From the NCBI GenBank assembly GCA_965199715.1, contig OZ241322.1, positions 224,001-288,000 on the forward strand: a stretch of 64,000 bases of DNA, read 5' to 3'. Positions 63,968 through 64,000 of this stretch are shown one piece after another. Made by a program: the position numbers and the translations under genes. Under the pieces are notes generated by a model, which was not told where the DNA came from, searched no databases, and worked only from the letters and a program-made list of their open reading frames with translations. Numbering within the stretch: the stretch's first letter is position 1; every line of letters starts with the position of its first letter. The DNA is from Vicinamibacteria bacterium. GTDB lineage: Bacteria > Acidobacteriota > Vicinamibacteria > Marinacidobacterales > Marinacidobacteraceae.

Positions 63968-64000
63968 CCTCGGTTGGAGACCCTGGCGGGAAGGCCGCAA

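Overview
Very GC-rich bacterial DNA (roughly 70% GC by eye) that is densely coding. Acidobacterial-style VWA/TPR genes, many exported hydrolases, two Mo-hydroxylase clusters and several decaying accessory genes suggest an Acidobacteriota-like, possibly host-associated organism (inference only). The intact backbone includes a form I aerobic CO dehydrogenase (coxMSL, AYRCSFR) with XdhC-YHS and coxG, a second form II-like SLM cluster with coxDE and XdhC, an AttEFGH-like ABC/lipocalin operon, two SSS symporters, pyk, CBS and cystathionine gamma-lyase/synthase, ETF-QO, a swivel-first aconitase-family fusion, a eukaryote-type UGPase, SppA, MscS, tRNA-Val(CAC) and tRNA-Arg(CCT). Accessory or decayed material: a YjzC-like/Dam-like MTase/SacI-family REase locus with a candidate multi-stem RNA leader, an unknown protein coupled to an MT-A70 methyltransferase, a TolC::RND deletion scar, an orphan frameshifted NADAR (DarG1-like) gene and a type IIG-like RM relic. 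Best candidates for something new: a short reductive-dehalogenase-like gene coupled to an unannotated 67-aa ORF, the unknown/MT-A70 pair, the structured leader of the YjzC-RM locus, and widespread leaderless-type -10 boxes right before start codons. No CRISPR array, integrase or transposase was seen. All family calls come from motif recognition without database searches.
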